The notes under the pieces: model-generated
What the model saw: only the letters and a program-made list of their open reading frames with translations
Told to the model about the DNA's origin: nothing
Database searches by the model: none
Shown here: positions 17,260-26,758 of the stretch, piece by piece
Position numbering within the stretch: position 1 is the stretch's first letter
Layout: every line of letters starts with the position of its first letter
From: a virus
Lineage: Duplodnaviria > Caudoviricetes
IMG/VR virus record: IMGVR_UViG_3300017758_000014
Span: 1 to 48,864 of that record
Direction: 5' to 3' (one strand)
Length of the DNA stretch: 48,864 nt
Position numbers and translations under genes: made by a program

Positions 17260-19764
17260 TTATCCATCAAATTCTGAAGATTGTGGTGTAAAGTTTGTGG
17301 TGTATCTCGCTAAACCTTTTGTATATCTAGCATCTTGCAAATATCCGTTAAACCATTCGCCTGAAGTTCCACCCCCAGATGCAACGGTATCACCTAATGC
17401 AAAGTCTTGTCCTGTATATGTAGTCGTATTTGCCCAAGTTGCTCCAACTGAAGTTCCATTAACATATATTGAAAATACACCGTTATATCTTACAAGCGCA
17501 AGATGTGACCAAGTTGTATTGGATACTGTACCTGCTTGAATTCTGAAAGAACCTTTCCATAAAAATGGTCTACTCGCACCATCAATACCAAAATTAAATC
17601 CTGTGCTAGTACCTCTGTTCATACTAAACACGCACTGATAATTAGAATTGGCATTTGGATATACCCACGTTTCGAAAGTTAGATCGTTCGATCCACTAGC
17701 ATATGTTCCCACGAAACCATTTTCATCCCAACCTATATAATCACCACTACCATCAAAAGAAATTGCAGATGATGTGGTAAATTTTCTTTGAGTATCACTT
17801 GCTGCAGCGTTTCCAACAATATTCAACATTTTTGACGAACCAACATCCCATACACTTTGTTGATTAGTACATGTGCTGAAAATTGTTTCTGCGTGAATTC
17901 CTACTGGTCCAGTTGGGGGAATAAAATCTGCAGTGTATATTCCATCCTCTGTAAATCTAATATCTGCCATAAATGTATCGCCTGCAACTTTTGTTGCCCC
18001 TGCGCTTGTTGCTCCTATTCCAAATTTAGGATCTGATGAAGCACCGCCATCTCCTGCATTAGTTTCACTCCACATAGAAATTCCATTTACATAGAATTTA
18101 TAAGTACCTGAATGTCTAACCAATGCCCAATGATTCCAATGATTCGGTATAAAGTAGTTTGCTGGACCTCCTGGAATACCCCATTCAATACCATTAACAT
18201 AAACTCCACCACCGTGCATTATGTAGATACCATCAACACCACCACCAGAATTCAGTGCCGCAAAAGTACCAGTGGCAGCATTTGCGCCATTCCACCAACC
18301 CTCAAATGTCCAATCCTTTGTACGATCCCACGTGATAGTTCCTGTGCTTAACCAACTTCCCCCAGTGTGGTGTATAGAACCGCCATGCGTACTCTTTAAA
18401 TATTGCGCTGATATTGTATATGGACTAACTCTTACCGCTTTTGTGCCTGCTCTAGTTACTGCATTATAATTACCAGAAGCGTCTATTGGAGCAGCATGAT
18501 TACAAAGCAATAAGTCAGTACCAGATATTGCTGTTAGAGGTGCTTCCGGAGGTGTAAATGCTGACGTATAAACTTCAGTTCCAATAACATATCTAAAATC
18601 TCTTATATATCCTGTCATTCCATAAGCAGTAAAATTAGCATCACAACCAACACCAAAGTTAGTCTTTGCAGGTATATCATGTGTGGTGCCTGCTTGTACA
18701 GCAGAAGTTCCTTCTAGAACACCATCAATGTACATTTTTATTGTATTACTAGTGACAGATCGTACAAGTGCAATATGATACCATTGACCGATTGCCATAG
18801 TCTTTGATGCTGATACTCGTCCTTGACCGCCAATATAAAGCGTTGGAGTATTCAAATTTGTATTAAGAAACATTGGATCGTTGGTTGCTGCACCAAAATT
18901 TCTATTTTGACTTGAAGTGCCTGAGTTTGCAGTGTGATATACCCACCATTCTATAGTCCAAGCAGCAGTACCAGACGTTGCCAAATTAGTTATAAGATGC
19001 TCAGAAGATGACGCAAAATATGTACTGTAACCGCCAGGATGATATGGACTAAATGCACTTGATGTTAATGCTGTTGCACTTGTGTTTTCAGTAATAGCAT
19101 AATTATTAGTAGAGGCATCAACTTGGTTATCTGTTCCTGCTGTATCTGCTTTCACCAAGAAATTTGTATATTCACTATTTGGGATATTAAACGTTAAGTT
19201 GAATGTTGTATTGTGCGAACCGAAACTAATACCATCTGATGCCTTGAATGTAAGACTAGCACTGCCATCAAATCCTAGTGCCGTTGCTGAATCTTCTGAT
19301 CTTGGTGTAATAGTAAAGACAGATGAATCTTGACTGAGTGTTGCAATTTTATAGAAGTCTCCACCAGAATCAACAGTTAATGATAACGACGCATCTGCAT
19401 TATCAGAATCTGTAGCAGATAATGTTATAACTGTTGGTGATACTCCATCTGTAGCAAGTGTGATTGAACCACTAGGACTAACTGTTAGAGATGGTGTCGC
19501 ATTAATCAGTGCAACATTATACCATCCTGATCCATTAGAAATATACATTCTACTGTTCGATGAAACATATGCTTGATCACCAACAGTCAGATTAGATGTA
19601 GGAAGGGAATCGAGAGCACTATAAACAGTCAATCCAGAAGAAGATGCAATAGTTGTAACCTGCGAAGAATCTAATCCAGCAGAAGCATTATCAAGTGCAG
19701 AAGAGTTAATGTCTCCAGTAGGGGTGATTGCATCTGCTAATAAACGATTAATACTTTTTGCCAT
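17260..19764 (-). CDS. Tail fibre/adhesin with LamG (concanavalin A-like) repeats
   Basis: Three WT/FT.E.W...W.H.A.VR...Y.NG...G...D.R repeats after an N-terminal anchor/Ig-like module. Confidence 0.8.
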   Translation of the reverse strand: MAKSINRLLADAITPTGDINSSALDNASAGLDSSQVTTIASSSGLTVYSALDSLPTSNLTVGDQAYVSSNSRMYISNGSGWYNVALINATPSLTVSPSGSITLATDGVSPTVITLSATDSDNADASLSLTVDSGGDFYKIATLSQDSSVFTITPRSEDSATALGFDGSASLTFKASDGISFGSHNTTFNLTFNIPNSEYTNFLVKADTAGTDNQVDASTNNYAITENTSATALTSSAFSPYHPGGYSTYFASSSEHLITNLATSGTAAWTIEWWVYHTANSGTSSQNRNFGAATNDPMFLNTNLNTPTLYIGGQGRVSASKTMAIGQWYHIALVRSVTSNTIKMYIDGVLEGTSAVQAGTTHDIPAKTNFGVGCDANFTAYGMTGYIRDFRYVIGTEVYTSAFTPPEAPLTAISGTDLLLCNHAAPIDASGNYNAVTRAGTKAVRVSPYTISAQYLKSTHGGSIHHTGGSWLSTGTITWDRTKDWTFEGWWNGANAATGTFAALNSGGGVDGIYIMHGGGVYVNGIEWGIPGGPANYFIPNHWNHWALVRHSGTYKFYVNGISMWSETNAGDGGASSDPKFGIGATSAGATKVAGDTFMADIRFTEDGIYTADFIPPTGPVGIHAETIFSTCTNQQSVWDVGSSKMLNIVGNAAASDTQRKFTTSSAISFDGSGDYIGWDENGFVGTYASGSNDLTFETWVYPNANSNYQCVFSMNRGTSTGFNFGIDGASRPFLWKGSFRIQAGTVSNTTWSHLALVRYNGVFSIYVNGTSVGATWANTTTYTGQDFALGDTVASGGGTSGEWFNGYLQDARYTKGLARYTTNFTPQSSEFDG

Positions 19765-19767
19765 TGA

Positions 19768-22317
19768 TTATCCCTTAAATTCTGCAGTTGGTGGTGTAAA
19801 ACTATTATCAGACGTGTATCTAGAAAAATCATTTGTAAATCTAAAGTCTTGAATATATCCCGCATAGTTACCTTCAGTTGTGACATTACATGAACCAATT
19901 CTAGGTGTTGGTGTACCAGTAAATCCGTGCGTCCAATTGGTAAGGTTTGTTCCTTGCCTAACACCATCGATAAAGAAACGTACAGTGCCCGATGTCCGAC
20001 TTACTGCAATGTGGTGCCAGTTATTGTCATTGATAGCAGTTTGTGATGAGATACCAGTATTATTATTTGATCCATCTTGTGCCCATACCAAAATTGCGCC
20101 ATTTGGACCGTATCCTCCATCTCCAACATCAATCAATATTTGGAAATTATTAGCGATGTTGCCGCCATCATCTGCCATAAAGATTCTACGATATAAGGTA
20201 TCGCTGGATGCTATACTGAAATTGACCCACATTTCAATAGTAAAATCATTGCTTGCTAGTGCGAATACATTTTGGTGGGCAGCGAGAAAATGTAAATGAT
20301 CACTATTGCCATCAAAATATACTGCAGAAGATGTCGCAAATTTTCTTTCTGTATTGCTTGCAGTCACATTACCTGTTTTTGTTATTGAAGTAGATGAAGC
20401 AGTGTCCCAAATATTATTCTTATTTGTGCAAGTTAAAACTTCAGTGTTTGTTATTGCTGTTAATGGAGCAGTTGGTGGATCAAAGTTTGCTGTATAAACT
20501 GCAGATTTAACTATTCTGAAATCAGTTATATTGCCATTGAAAACACTCGACCCTGTTCTATTTGTGCCTATTTTCAGATCACTAGATGTAAGGTTAACAG
20601 AATGAGAAGCAGTTCCGTCAGATTTACCATTAACCCAAAGAGTCATTGTATTGCCACTTCTAGTTACTGCAATGTGATTCCAACTATAATCTGCCATAAC
20701 TGTAGAACCTGTTATATATGCAACACCTGTACTACCAACATATGCTACATTATTAGATCTAAATTGAATGTTAATTCCAGTTGTATTATCAGTGCTTGTT
20801 GGTCTAGTATCACATATCACTTGGTTAGCAACACTGTCATCTATATAAACCCAACATTCAATCGTAAAATCGCTGGTTCCAATAGCATTAAAATCTAAAT
20901 CAAGATTATCGTTACCATCAAAATATACGGAACCGCCATATTCTGCTGGGGTGTATTCACTATGATTATATGGTCCAATCCTATCAAAATGTCCACTTTG
21001 ATATGAAACATTTTCAACACCAACCGCATCATGTCTTCTCGCTTTTCCAAAAAGTAATAATGATGTGCCTGTGATTGCAGTTAGTGGTTCATTAGGTACA
21101 GGGAGAGTCGTACCAGTTCCATATACAGAACTTCCCTTTACTACACGATAATCTCGTATCCACCCACCAGTACCATCATTGATACCGCCACCTGGATAAG
21201 CATTTTTGAATAAACTAAATTTACCCACAAGAAAATTATATTCTGTAGTGGTTGTATATTCTCTAACACCATTTACAAAAATGTTTGAAGTTCCAGATTC
21301 ACGATTTAAAACTATATGACTCCATTGACGTGTTGAAACTGGAGCACCAGATGTTATGAAACCCAATTGTGAACCAGATTGTCCGTTAAACCCAAGAGAT
21401 ATATTACCACTACTAAAACCCAAAGCACCAATGTATGGACCGTTTGTTGATGCAGGTCTCATGTCTGCTAATATGCTTGCCGTTACATCAAAAGGATATA
21501 TCCACAGTTCTAAACAAAAATCACCTGTACCAAAACTTAATGCCGATGTAGGAGACTCAATTGTAAAATAATCAGTGCCATCTCCTGCCCAACCCCAACT
21601 ATATCCTCCAGGATGGTAAGGTGTAAGTGCAGATGACCTCACGCCACTTTGAGTAATCGTATGTGTATTAGTAGAAGCATCGACTTGCTGATCTGTAGCA
21701 GCAACATCTGCTTTCAATAATATAGATGTATGTTTTGAATTATCTACTTTAAACGTGAGATTTAATACACTTGTTCCAGTACCAAATGATATGCCGTCAG
21801 ATGCTTTAAATGTCAAAGTACACGTAGACGTAGTTGCACTGTCTTCACCTAGTGGCGTGATTGTAAACACACTTGAATCTTGACTGATTGTGCCCATACC
21901 GCCAAAATTTCCATCAGAATCTACACTAAACGTTAATCCATCAACAGCGTTATCGGAGTCAGTTCCAGTTAATGTAATTGTAGTTGCTGCACCTTCTTTC
22001 GAAAGTATTATAACACCTGTTGGATCAATTGTTAAACTAGGAGTGGCATTGATAAGTGCAACATTATACCACCCTGATCCATTTGAGATATACAATCTAC
22101 TTGTGTCGGTTACATATGCTTGGTCGCCACTAGTAAGTCCAGATGATGGTAGGTTTTCTTTAGTGGCATAGACAGTTAATCCTGCGGCATTTGCAATAGA
22201 TGATACCTGTGCAGAATCTAACCCCACATTGGAAGTTGAATTAAGTAAAGCAACATTAGTTGTGTTAGCAGATTCAGTTTTACCTAAGAATTCTGCTATG
22301 TCTCTAGATCTACCCAT
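19768..22317 (-). CDS. Tail fibre/adhesin with LamG repeats (paralogue)
   Basis: Same architecture as the downstream gene; shared YISNGSGWYNVALINATPSL and SQDSSVFTITP. Confidence 0.8.
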   Translation of the reverse strand: MGRSRDIAEFLGKTESANTTNVALLNSTSNVGLDSAQVSSIANAAGLTVYATKENLPSSGLTSGDQAYVTDTSRLYISNGSGWYNVALINATPSLTIDPTGVIILSKEGAATTITLTGTDSDNAVDGLTFSVDSDGNFGGMGTISQDSSVFTITPLGEDSATTSTCTLTFKASDGISFGTGTSVLNLTFKVDNSKHTSILLKADVAATDQQVDASTNTHTITQSGVRSSALTPYHPGGYSWGWAGDGTDYFTIESPTSALSFGTGDFCLELWIYPFDVTASILADMRPASTNGPYIGALGFSSGNISLGFNGQSGSQLGFITSGAPVSTRQWSHIVLNRESGTSNIFVNGVREYTTTTEYNFLVGKFSLFKNAYPGGGINDGTGGWIRDYRVVKGSSVYGTGTTLPVPNEPLTAITGTSLLLFGKARRHDAVGVENVSYQSGHFDRIGPYNHSEYTPAEYGGSVYFDGNDNLDLDFNAIGTSDFTIECWVYIDDSVANQVICDTRPTSTDNTTGINIQFRSNNVAYVGSTGVAYITGSTVMADYSWNHIAVTRSGNTMTLWVNGKSDGTASHSVNLTSSDLKIGTNRTGSSVFNGNITDFRIVKSAVYTANFDPPTAPLTAITNTEVLTCTNKNNIWDTASSTSITKTGNVTASNTERKFATSSAVYFDGNSDHLHFLAAHQNVFALASNDFTIEMWVNFSIASSDTLYRRIFMADDGGNIANNFQILIDVGDGGYGPNGAILVWAQDGSNNNTGISSQTAINDNNWHHIAVSRTSGTVRFFIDGVRQGTNLTNWTHGFTGTPTPRIGSCNVTTEGNYAGYIQDFRFTNDFSRYTSDNSFTPPTAEFKG

Positions 22318-22355
22318 TCTATGTTACCTTTGCTTAATTGTTATTGATTGTGATT

Positions 22356-22727
22356 CTATGCGTATGGTGAATCACCAAGCGTGTCTGTATCCCATGCTGC
22401 TTTTAATTCTGCAATGGTTGTTGCATCAGTAATTGCAGATGCAGCAGGTGCATTACGAAGTGCAGTTTTTTTAGTTGCTGCTGCTGACTTTGCAGTAGAA
22501 TCATCGTCCTCAATAGCACGCATGTACTTTACATCTTCTGCTTCTAATAGAGGTTTGCGAACCTCACGAATTTTATCTTTGAATAATACTTTTGCGACAT
22601 CTAAATCTTCACTGATAATATCACCAGATAAAGACCAAGCACCACGAAAATGACGATTAGATGGAACAGTTAATTGAGCAGCATCTGCTTGATTACCATC
22701 CTTGTCAACGATATAAGTAGTTGCCAT
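22356..22727 (-). CDS. Tail fibre assembly/chaperone-like protein
   Basis: FRGAW, D...AK...K..IR..R..LL...D and K..LR.AP pattern; located in the fibre cluster. Confidence 0.55.
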   Translation of the reverse strand: MATTYIVDKDGNQADAAQLTVPSNRHFRGAWSLSGDIISEDLDVAKVLFKDKIREVRKPLLEAEDVKYMRAIEDDDSTAKSAAATKKTALRNAPAASAITDATTIAELKAAWDTDTLGDSPYA

Positions 22728-22738
22728 TTTATTTTCTC

Positions 22739-23200
22739 CTAAGCAATTTCTTTACTATTTATATTAGGATCTATCTTCCAAGCATTTCGCCACTCTCTTG
22801 TTTGTGGTAGTTGCTCTTTCTTACAGATGACCATCTTTGGTTTATTACCTTCATTCCATGTACGCCAAACGTGATTGGGAATGTCTTTCATAATCAAATA
22901 TTCAATTGCCTCTTCTTCATTCATAGGAGGCATTGGTTCTGTTTCATGTAACAGATAACCGCGAGTATGTTTCTTAAAATTTTCCTGCGCTTCATCCTTT
23001 GCCAGTTCGTGATATACCCATACTGGAGGAAGAATACCGCCATTCATTGCACATGCCATCCAATTTGGATCAGGCACAAGCACACTTGCTGGAGTATCAA
23101 CGTCAACTTCATAGACAACACGATAGTCTGACTGATGTGGTTCTAGATTTTCCTTTGCCCAACATAGTCTATCAAATAATTTTAGTTCTTTCAATTTCAT
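22739..23200 (-). CDS. Tail-fibre-associated hypothetical protein
   Basis: KDIP...LP..R.WRNAW motif. Start at ATG 23200 (TAATG coupling). Confidence 0.6.
   Translation of the reverse strand: MKLKELKLFDRLCWAKENLEPHQSDYRVVYEVDVDTPASVLVPDPNWMACAMNGGILPPVWVYHELAKDEAQENFKKHTRGYLLHETEPMPPMNEEEAIEYLIMKDIPNHVWRTWNEGNKPKMVICKKEQLPQTREWRNAWKIDPNINSKEIA
22756..22763 (-). promoter_or_regulatory. T4 late promoter
   Basis: TATAAATA ~29 nt upstream of the 22727 start, which has an AGGAG SD. Confidence 0.6.
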
Positions 23201-23592
23201 TATGCAAGGTCTCCGTGCCAAACAATAGTCGCCATTTGTAAATCAGCAAATCCTGCACTTGCATTCCAAGCATATGCTGATCTATATCTAAATGTCGTAG
23301 TTGTCCAAGTTAAACCTTTACTGTGATATGATGCGGCATCATTATATCCACCATCATCATGGCCATGAGAAAACATATAATAAGCATCTGACCATGAATT
23401 GGTAAAATTAGCAGTAAAATCGCCAGTGGCGTTATCCGTAGACGAACTTATATTAAGACTTTTTTGCAAGGTGTTAGTTAGTTGTTCTAAATGTTGATAT
23501 GCCTTTGCACTACCACTCACAACATACTGTGTATCGACAGTTCCTTCTGAACTGTGCTGAATCTGATCTGCTACTATCTTACCATATGCCAT
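23200..23592 (-). CDS. Short tail-fibre-type protein, GDLA array member
   Basis: AKAY...SLNISSSTDNATG...GDLA. Confidence 0.7.
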   Translation of the reverse strand: MAYGKIVADQIQHSSEGTVDTQYVVSGSAKAYQHLEQLTNTLQKSLNISSSTDNATGDFTANFTNSWSDAYYMFSHGHDDGGYNDAASYHSKGLTWTTTTFRYRSAYAWNASAGFADLQMATIVWHGDLA

Positions 23593-24008
23593 TATGCAAG
23601 GTCTCCAAAAATTCCTATATGCCCTGCACCAATATCTAGCGCAGAACTAGTGTCAGACCTTTTTCCTTCGTGTCTAACCTGAGTAGTGGTCTTTAAATCT
23701 GCCACATTATTTTCCGCGCTTGATCTAACTTGCAAAAGAATAGCAATAGAACTAGTGCGCTGTCTGAGTTGTCCCCCTACTATACAAAGATAATCTGTGT
23801 TATTCATTGCTGTAGCAAGCGTTGGTGTGTAGTCACCAGTCGCATTATCTACGACTGAACTCATATTCAAACTTTCTTGAATAGCAACAGTGCCAAAACC
23901 ATTAAAGTTAACATATGCTTTCGAAATACCACTTTTTATAGAGGTATCTACAGAACCATCTCGAACCAGAAGATCGCCGTTTTGACTTTTTAATCTTGCT
24001 GCGGTCAT
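23592..24008 (-). CDS. Short tail-fibre-type protein, GDLA array member
   Basis: SKAYVNF...SLNMSSVVDNATGDY...GDLA. Confidence 0.7.
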   Translation of the reverse strand: MTAARLKSQNGDLLVRDGSVDTSIKSGISKAYVNFNGFGTVAIQESLNMSSVVDNATGDYTPTLATAMNNTDYLCIVGGQLRQRTSSIAILLQVRSSAENNVADLKTTTQVRHEGKRSDTSSALDIGAGHIGIFGDLA

Positions 24009-24391
24009 GCTAGTTCTCCATGTGTGTGCATCATAACATCATCAGGGTCTCTAACACTGTTATCTGTATTATGCAGGGTTCGAACTTGGGTCGAAGATGT
24101 TATTTTGTTGCTTAGATTATATTCGCAAAAAACTGCTTGGCCATTGCCATTTCCTTGTGTGCATCCACTATATGCATAATCGTTGTTACTCATGATGTTG
24201 GTAAAGGCAATTGTTGTATATGCCGATTGTTCATCAGTCAGACTGCTTTGATTAAAACTACCAGCAACTGTTAATGTACCACTTTGATTCCAACTCGTCC
24301 AATGTTTCGCAACACCGCTTGTAACAAAAGGAGAGGTAACGGTATTTCCGTCGGTATCTTGTATAGTTCCTACTGTAATTTTTCCTGTCAT
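24005..24391 (-). CDS. Short tail-fibre-type protein, GDLA array member
   Basis: AKHW...SFNQSSLTD...GELA. Confidence 0.7.
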   Translation of the reverse strand: MTGKITVGTIQDTDGNTVTSPFVTSGVAKHWTSWNQSGTLTVAGSFNQSSLTDEQSAYTTIAFTNIMSNNDYAYSGCTQGNGNGQAVFCEYNLSNKITSSTQVRTLHNTDNSVRDPDDVMMHTHGELA

Positions 24392-24395
24392 AACC

Positions 24396-24869
24396 TTATC
24401 CTACGAAAACAATATCCATCCAAGTTTGCCCTAGATAGAATGTGGTTGTTGTATCCGTTTTCCAAGATGCTTTAATACTATAACTTTCAGTGGTTTCAAG
24501 TTCTGACATTGTCGAACCGCCCACCGTAGTAAAACCTCCTGAACCACCTTCTCCATGACTAAGAACTAATTTTTCTGTATATAAAGCACCAGTTCCTTGT
24601 TTATTGACGTACCAGTACACCCAATCATCTTCTCTACCAACTCTAATGGATCCTGAAAAATGATATAATCCTGAAATTGGTACTGTAAATGTATAATCAG
24701 TTGTATTCCACACAATACCGCTAGAAGATGTTACAGTATTATAAGGAACTTTGCTACTTCTAGCATAACTTGTACTTGTATATGCATTTAATCCTGGTCC
24801 AACTCTTACTAATGAAAATGGTTTATTATCAAATTTAAGATGGCCACCAGAATTTGTTATGGTACTCAT
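24396..24869 (-). CDS. C1q/TNF-like domain protein
   Basis: V.YNTV......WNT..YTFTVPISGLYHFS, a C1q-type signature. Confidence 0.65.
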   Translation of the reverse strand: MSTITNSGGHLKFDNKPFSLVRVGPGLNAYTSTSYARSSKVPYNTVTSSSGIVWNTTDYTFTVPISGLYHFSGSIRVGREDDWVYWYVNKQGTGALYTEKLVLSHGEGGSGGFTTVGGSTMSELETTESYSIKASWKTDTTTTFYLGQTWMDIVFVG

Positions 24870-25279
24870 GCAAGATCTCCGTGGACTGTTACGCCATTAT
24901 ATGTTCTATCAATAGCACTATTATCATTAATGTTCCGAGTACCGCATACTGCACCATCAGATCTTCTCCAATCGGATGCGTAAGTACCACCATCATTGTA
25001 ACCAACAACACTCACTCCGAATGTAGTCTGACCGCCGTCAGATGTTGCTGCCGCTGGATATGCTTTATCAGTAAAATTACTGCTATAATTGATTGAGAAT
25101 ATTCCCGTTGCGTGATCAGTTGATGATGAGATATTCAAAGAGTGATTATCACCTCCTGTAAAGATAGTCGACGACTGTGAAAAAAGTAATTTCGCTTTCG
25201 CTGCTGCCTGATTAGTCAGTGCCGCTGGACCATTACCAGTTGCATTCGATAATGTTGTTACTCTGAGTTCACTGGCCAT
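24866..25279 (-). CDS. Short tail-fibre-type protein, GDLA array member
   Basis: Start at ATG 25279 (MASELRV); AKAK...SLNISSSTDHATG...GDLA. Confidence 0.7.
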   Translation of the reverse strand: MASELRVTTLSNATGNGPAALTNQAAAKAKLLFSQSSTIFTGGDNHSLNISSSTDHATGIFSINYSSNFTDKAYPAAATSDGGQTTFGVSVVGYNDGGTYASDWRRSDGAVCGTRNINDNSAIDRTYNGVTVHGDLA

Positions 25280-25650
25280 TATGCGAGGTCTCCTACAATC
25301 GACCAATTATGAGATGTATCAACATCAGCATTGGCATAAGTAGATGTGTATGTAGCAGCAACTGATGCGGTACAGTCGTTATTTCTCCATCTAAAAACTC
25401 GTGTTGCCTGTCCGCATGTTCCGGTTGCTCCGACTGCATCTACTTCATATAAAAATGCATTTGTTAAATTGTAATGATATTTACCGACACCATTATCTGT
25501 TTGACTTGATACATTTAAACTCTGATCTATACCTGCTCCATTGTTATAATTAGTGCCATTGCCCATCCATGCTTTCGACGCACTTTGTTGAGTCAGCGTG
25601 ACTGGACCACCAGATGATGTCTCTACTGTATTTGCGTGTAATGTACTCAT
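25279..25650 (-). CDS. Short tail-fibre-type protein, GDLA array member
   Basis: SKAW...SLNVSSQTDNGVG...GDLA. Confidence 0.7.
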   Translation of the reverse strand: MSTLHANTVETSSGGPVTLTQQSASKAWMGNGTNYNNGAGIDQSLNVSSQTDNGVGKYHYNLTNAFLYEVDAVGATGTCGQATRVFRWRNNDCTASVAATYTSTYANADVDTSHNWSIVGDLA

Positions 25651-25904
25651 GCTATCACCAGTGTTGCACTATCGTTAATTGTTATTGTTACACCGCTATC
25701 AATAAAAAGTGGACCAGCGAGCAATCCATTCCTAGCAGAATCAAGTGTGTAATCAGAATCTAATGTATGACTATGTTCTCTTACTATCTTATCAAAAATG
25801 CTGCCAGCAGTACCTGCACCACTACCAGTTCCCAATGCAGTATTCGAAACATTTACTGCTTCGGTTCTTCCAAGGATTTTAGCAATATCTGAATTTCTAC
25901 TCAT
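25647..25904 (-). CDS. Small virion/fibre adaptor protein
   Basis: C-terminal T.DSA.N...AGP...DSGV..TI..LVI module shared with the upstream gene. Confidence 0.6.
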   Translation of the reverse strand: MSRNSDIAKILGRTEAVNVSNTALGTGSGAGTAGSIFDKIVREHSHTLDSDYTLDSARNGLLAGPLFIDSGVTITINDSATLVIA

Positions 25905-26473
25905 TAACTTATCACCAAGTTTCCATTGATTGTTAGCACTACACCACTATCAAATGATATTGGTCCAGCAACATGTGCATTCTCTGCGCTATCTATAGTT
26001 GTATTTATACTGAGTGACTGCGGATTAATTCTAAACATATTACTTTTCACTTCACCACTTAGTGTAATAACTGTGGCAGAATCCGTGCCACCACTACCAG
26101 CAATCGCTGATACATCTGCAGAATCCAAACCTCCGGAAAGTGCACCTCTAAATGCTGTAATTATAACAGTATCGTTCGAATCTGTAGCATTTCCTAATAC
26201 AACTGATGTTCCATTTGTGGCAGTATAATCAGATGAATCTATGAGCAAGATACCGTTATGAAATACTTGGATTTGATTTTCAATATACGATAGTGTTGCG
26301 CTATTATCATCAGCACCAGTTATTGTTGTTGTCGGACTTGCAGTAGTATAAACGAAATGTGTGGATCTAAATGCATCACCACTACCACCACCACCAGCAC
26401 CCAAATTTGTAGACTTCACATCACCAGTTGAAGTAATCAAATTTGCCATCAGTCTTGCTTTAGAAATTGCCAT
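25904..26473 (-). CDS. Virion/fibre adaptor protein
   Basis: TG.DDN..TL.Y...QVF.NG.LL...DYTA.NGTSVVL domain plus the C-terminal AGP module. Confidence 0.65.
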   Translation of the reverse strand: MAISKARLMANLITSTGDVKSTNLGAGGGGSGDAFRSTHFVYTTASPTTTITGADDNSATLSYIENQIQVFHNGILLIDSSDYTATNGTSVVLGNATDSNDTVIITAFRGALSGGLDSADVSAIAGSGGTDSATVITLSGEVKSNMFRINPQSLSINTTIDSAENAHVAGPISFDSGVVLTINGNLVIS

Positions 26474-26755
26474 TTACGATATCCATCTCTGAGAAGAACC
26501 ACTGCTTGATGATGCATCATCAAGTTCTGTCCTGAGTGTTGCTATTAAATTATTTGCAGAATCTAAAGTAGATTGCTCGATACCACTTCCACCACCACCG
26601 CTCAGTGATGGAGATAAAAGTAGACTAGAATCTAAACCTCCCGATAATACGGACAACACCTCTGAATCAGAATACTGTATTAACTCAGCAGATGTGTTAG
26701 TCAGTATTCCGTAACCAATTGAATCGGAAGGTATGTTTAGAAGAACATCTGCCAA
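26474..26755 (-). CDS. Hypothetical Ser/Gly-rich virion protein
   Basis: 93 aa with a TTG start, filling the gap in the structural operon. Confidence 0.55.
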   Translation of the reverse strand: MADVLLNIPSDSIGYGILTNTSAELIQYSDSEVLSVLSGGLDSSLLLSPSLSGGGGSGIEQSTLDSANNLIATLRTELDDASSSSGSSQRWIS

Positions 26756-26758
26756 TTG

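Noticed and set aside
17260-25650. Diversity-generating retroelement or invertible shufflon acting on the fibre genes
   Set aside because: No reverse transcriptase or recombinase in the window, no near-identical TR/VR pair seen, and all cassettes are co-oriented.
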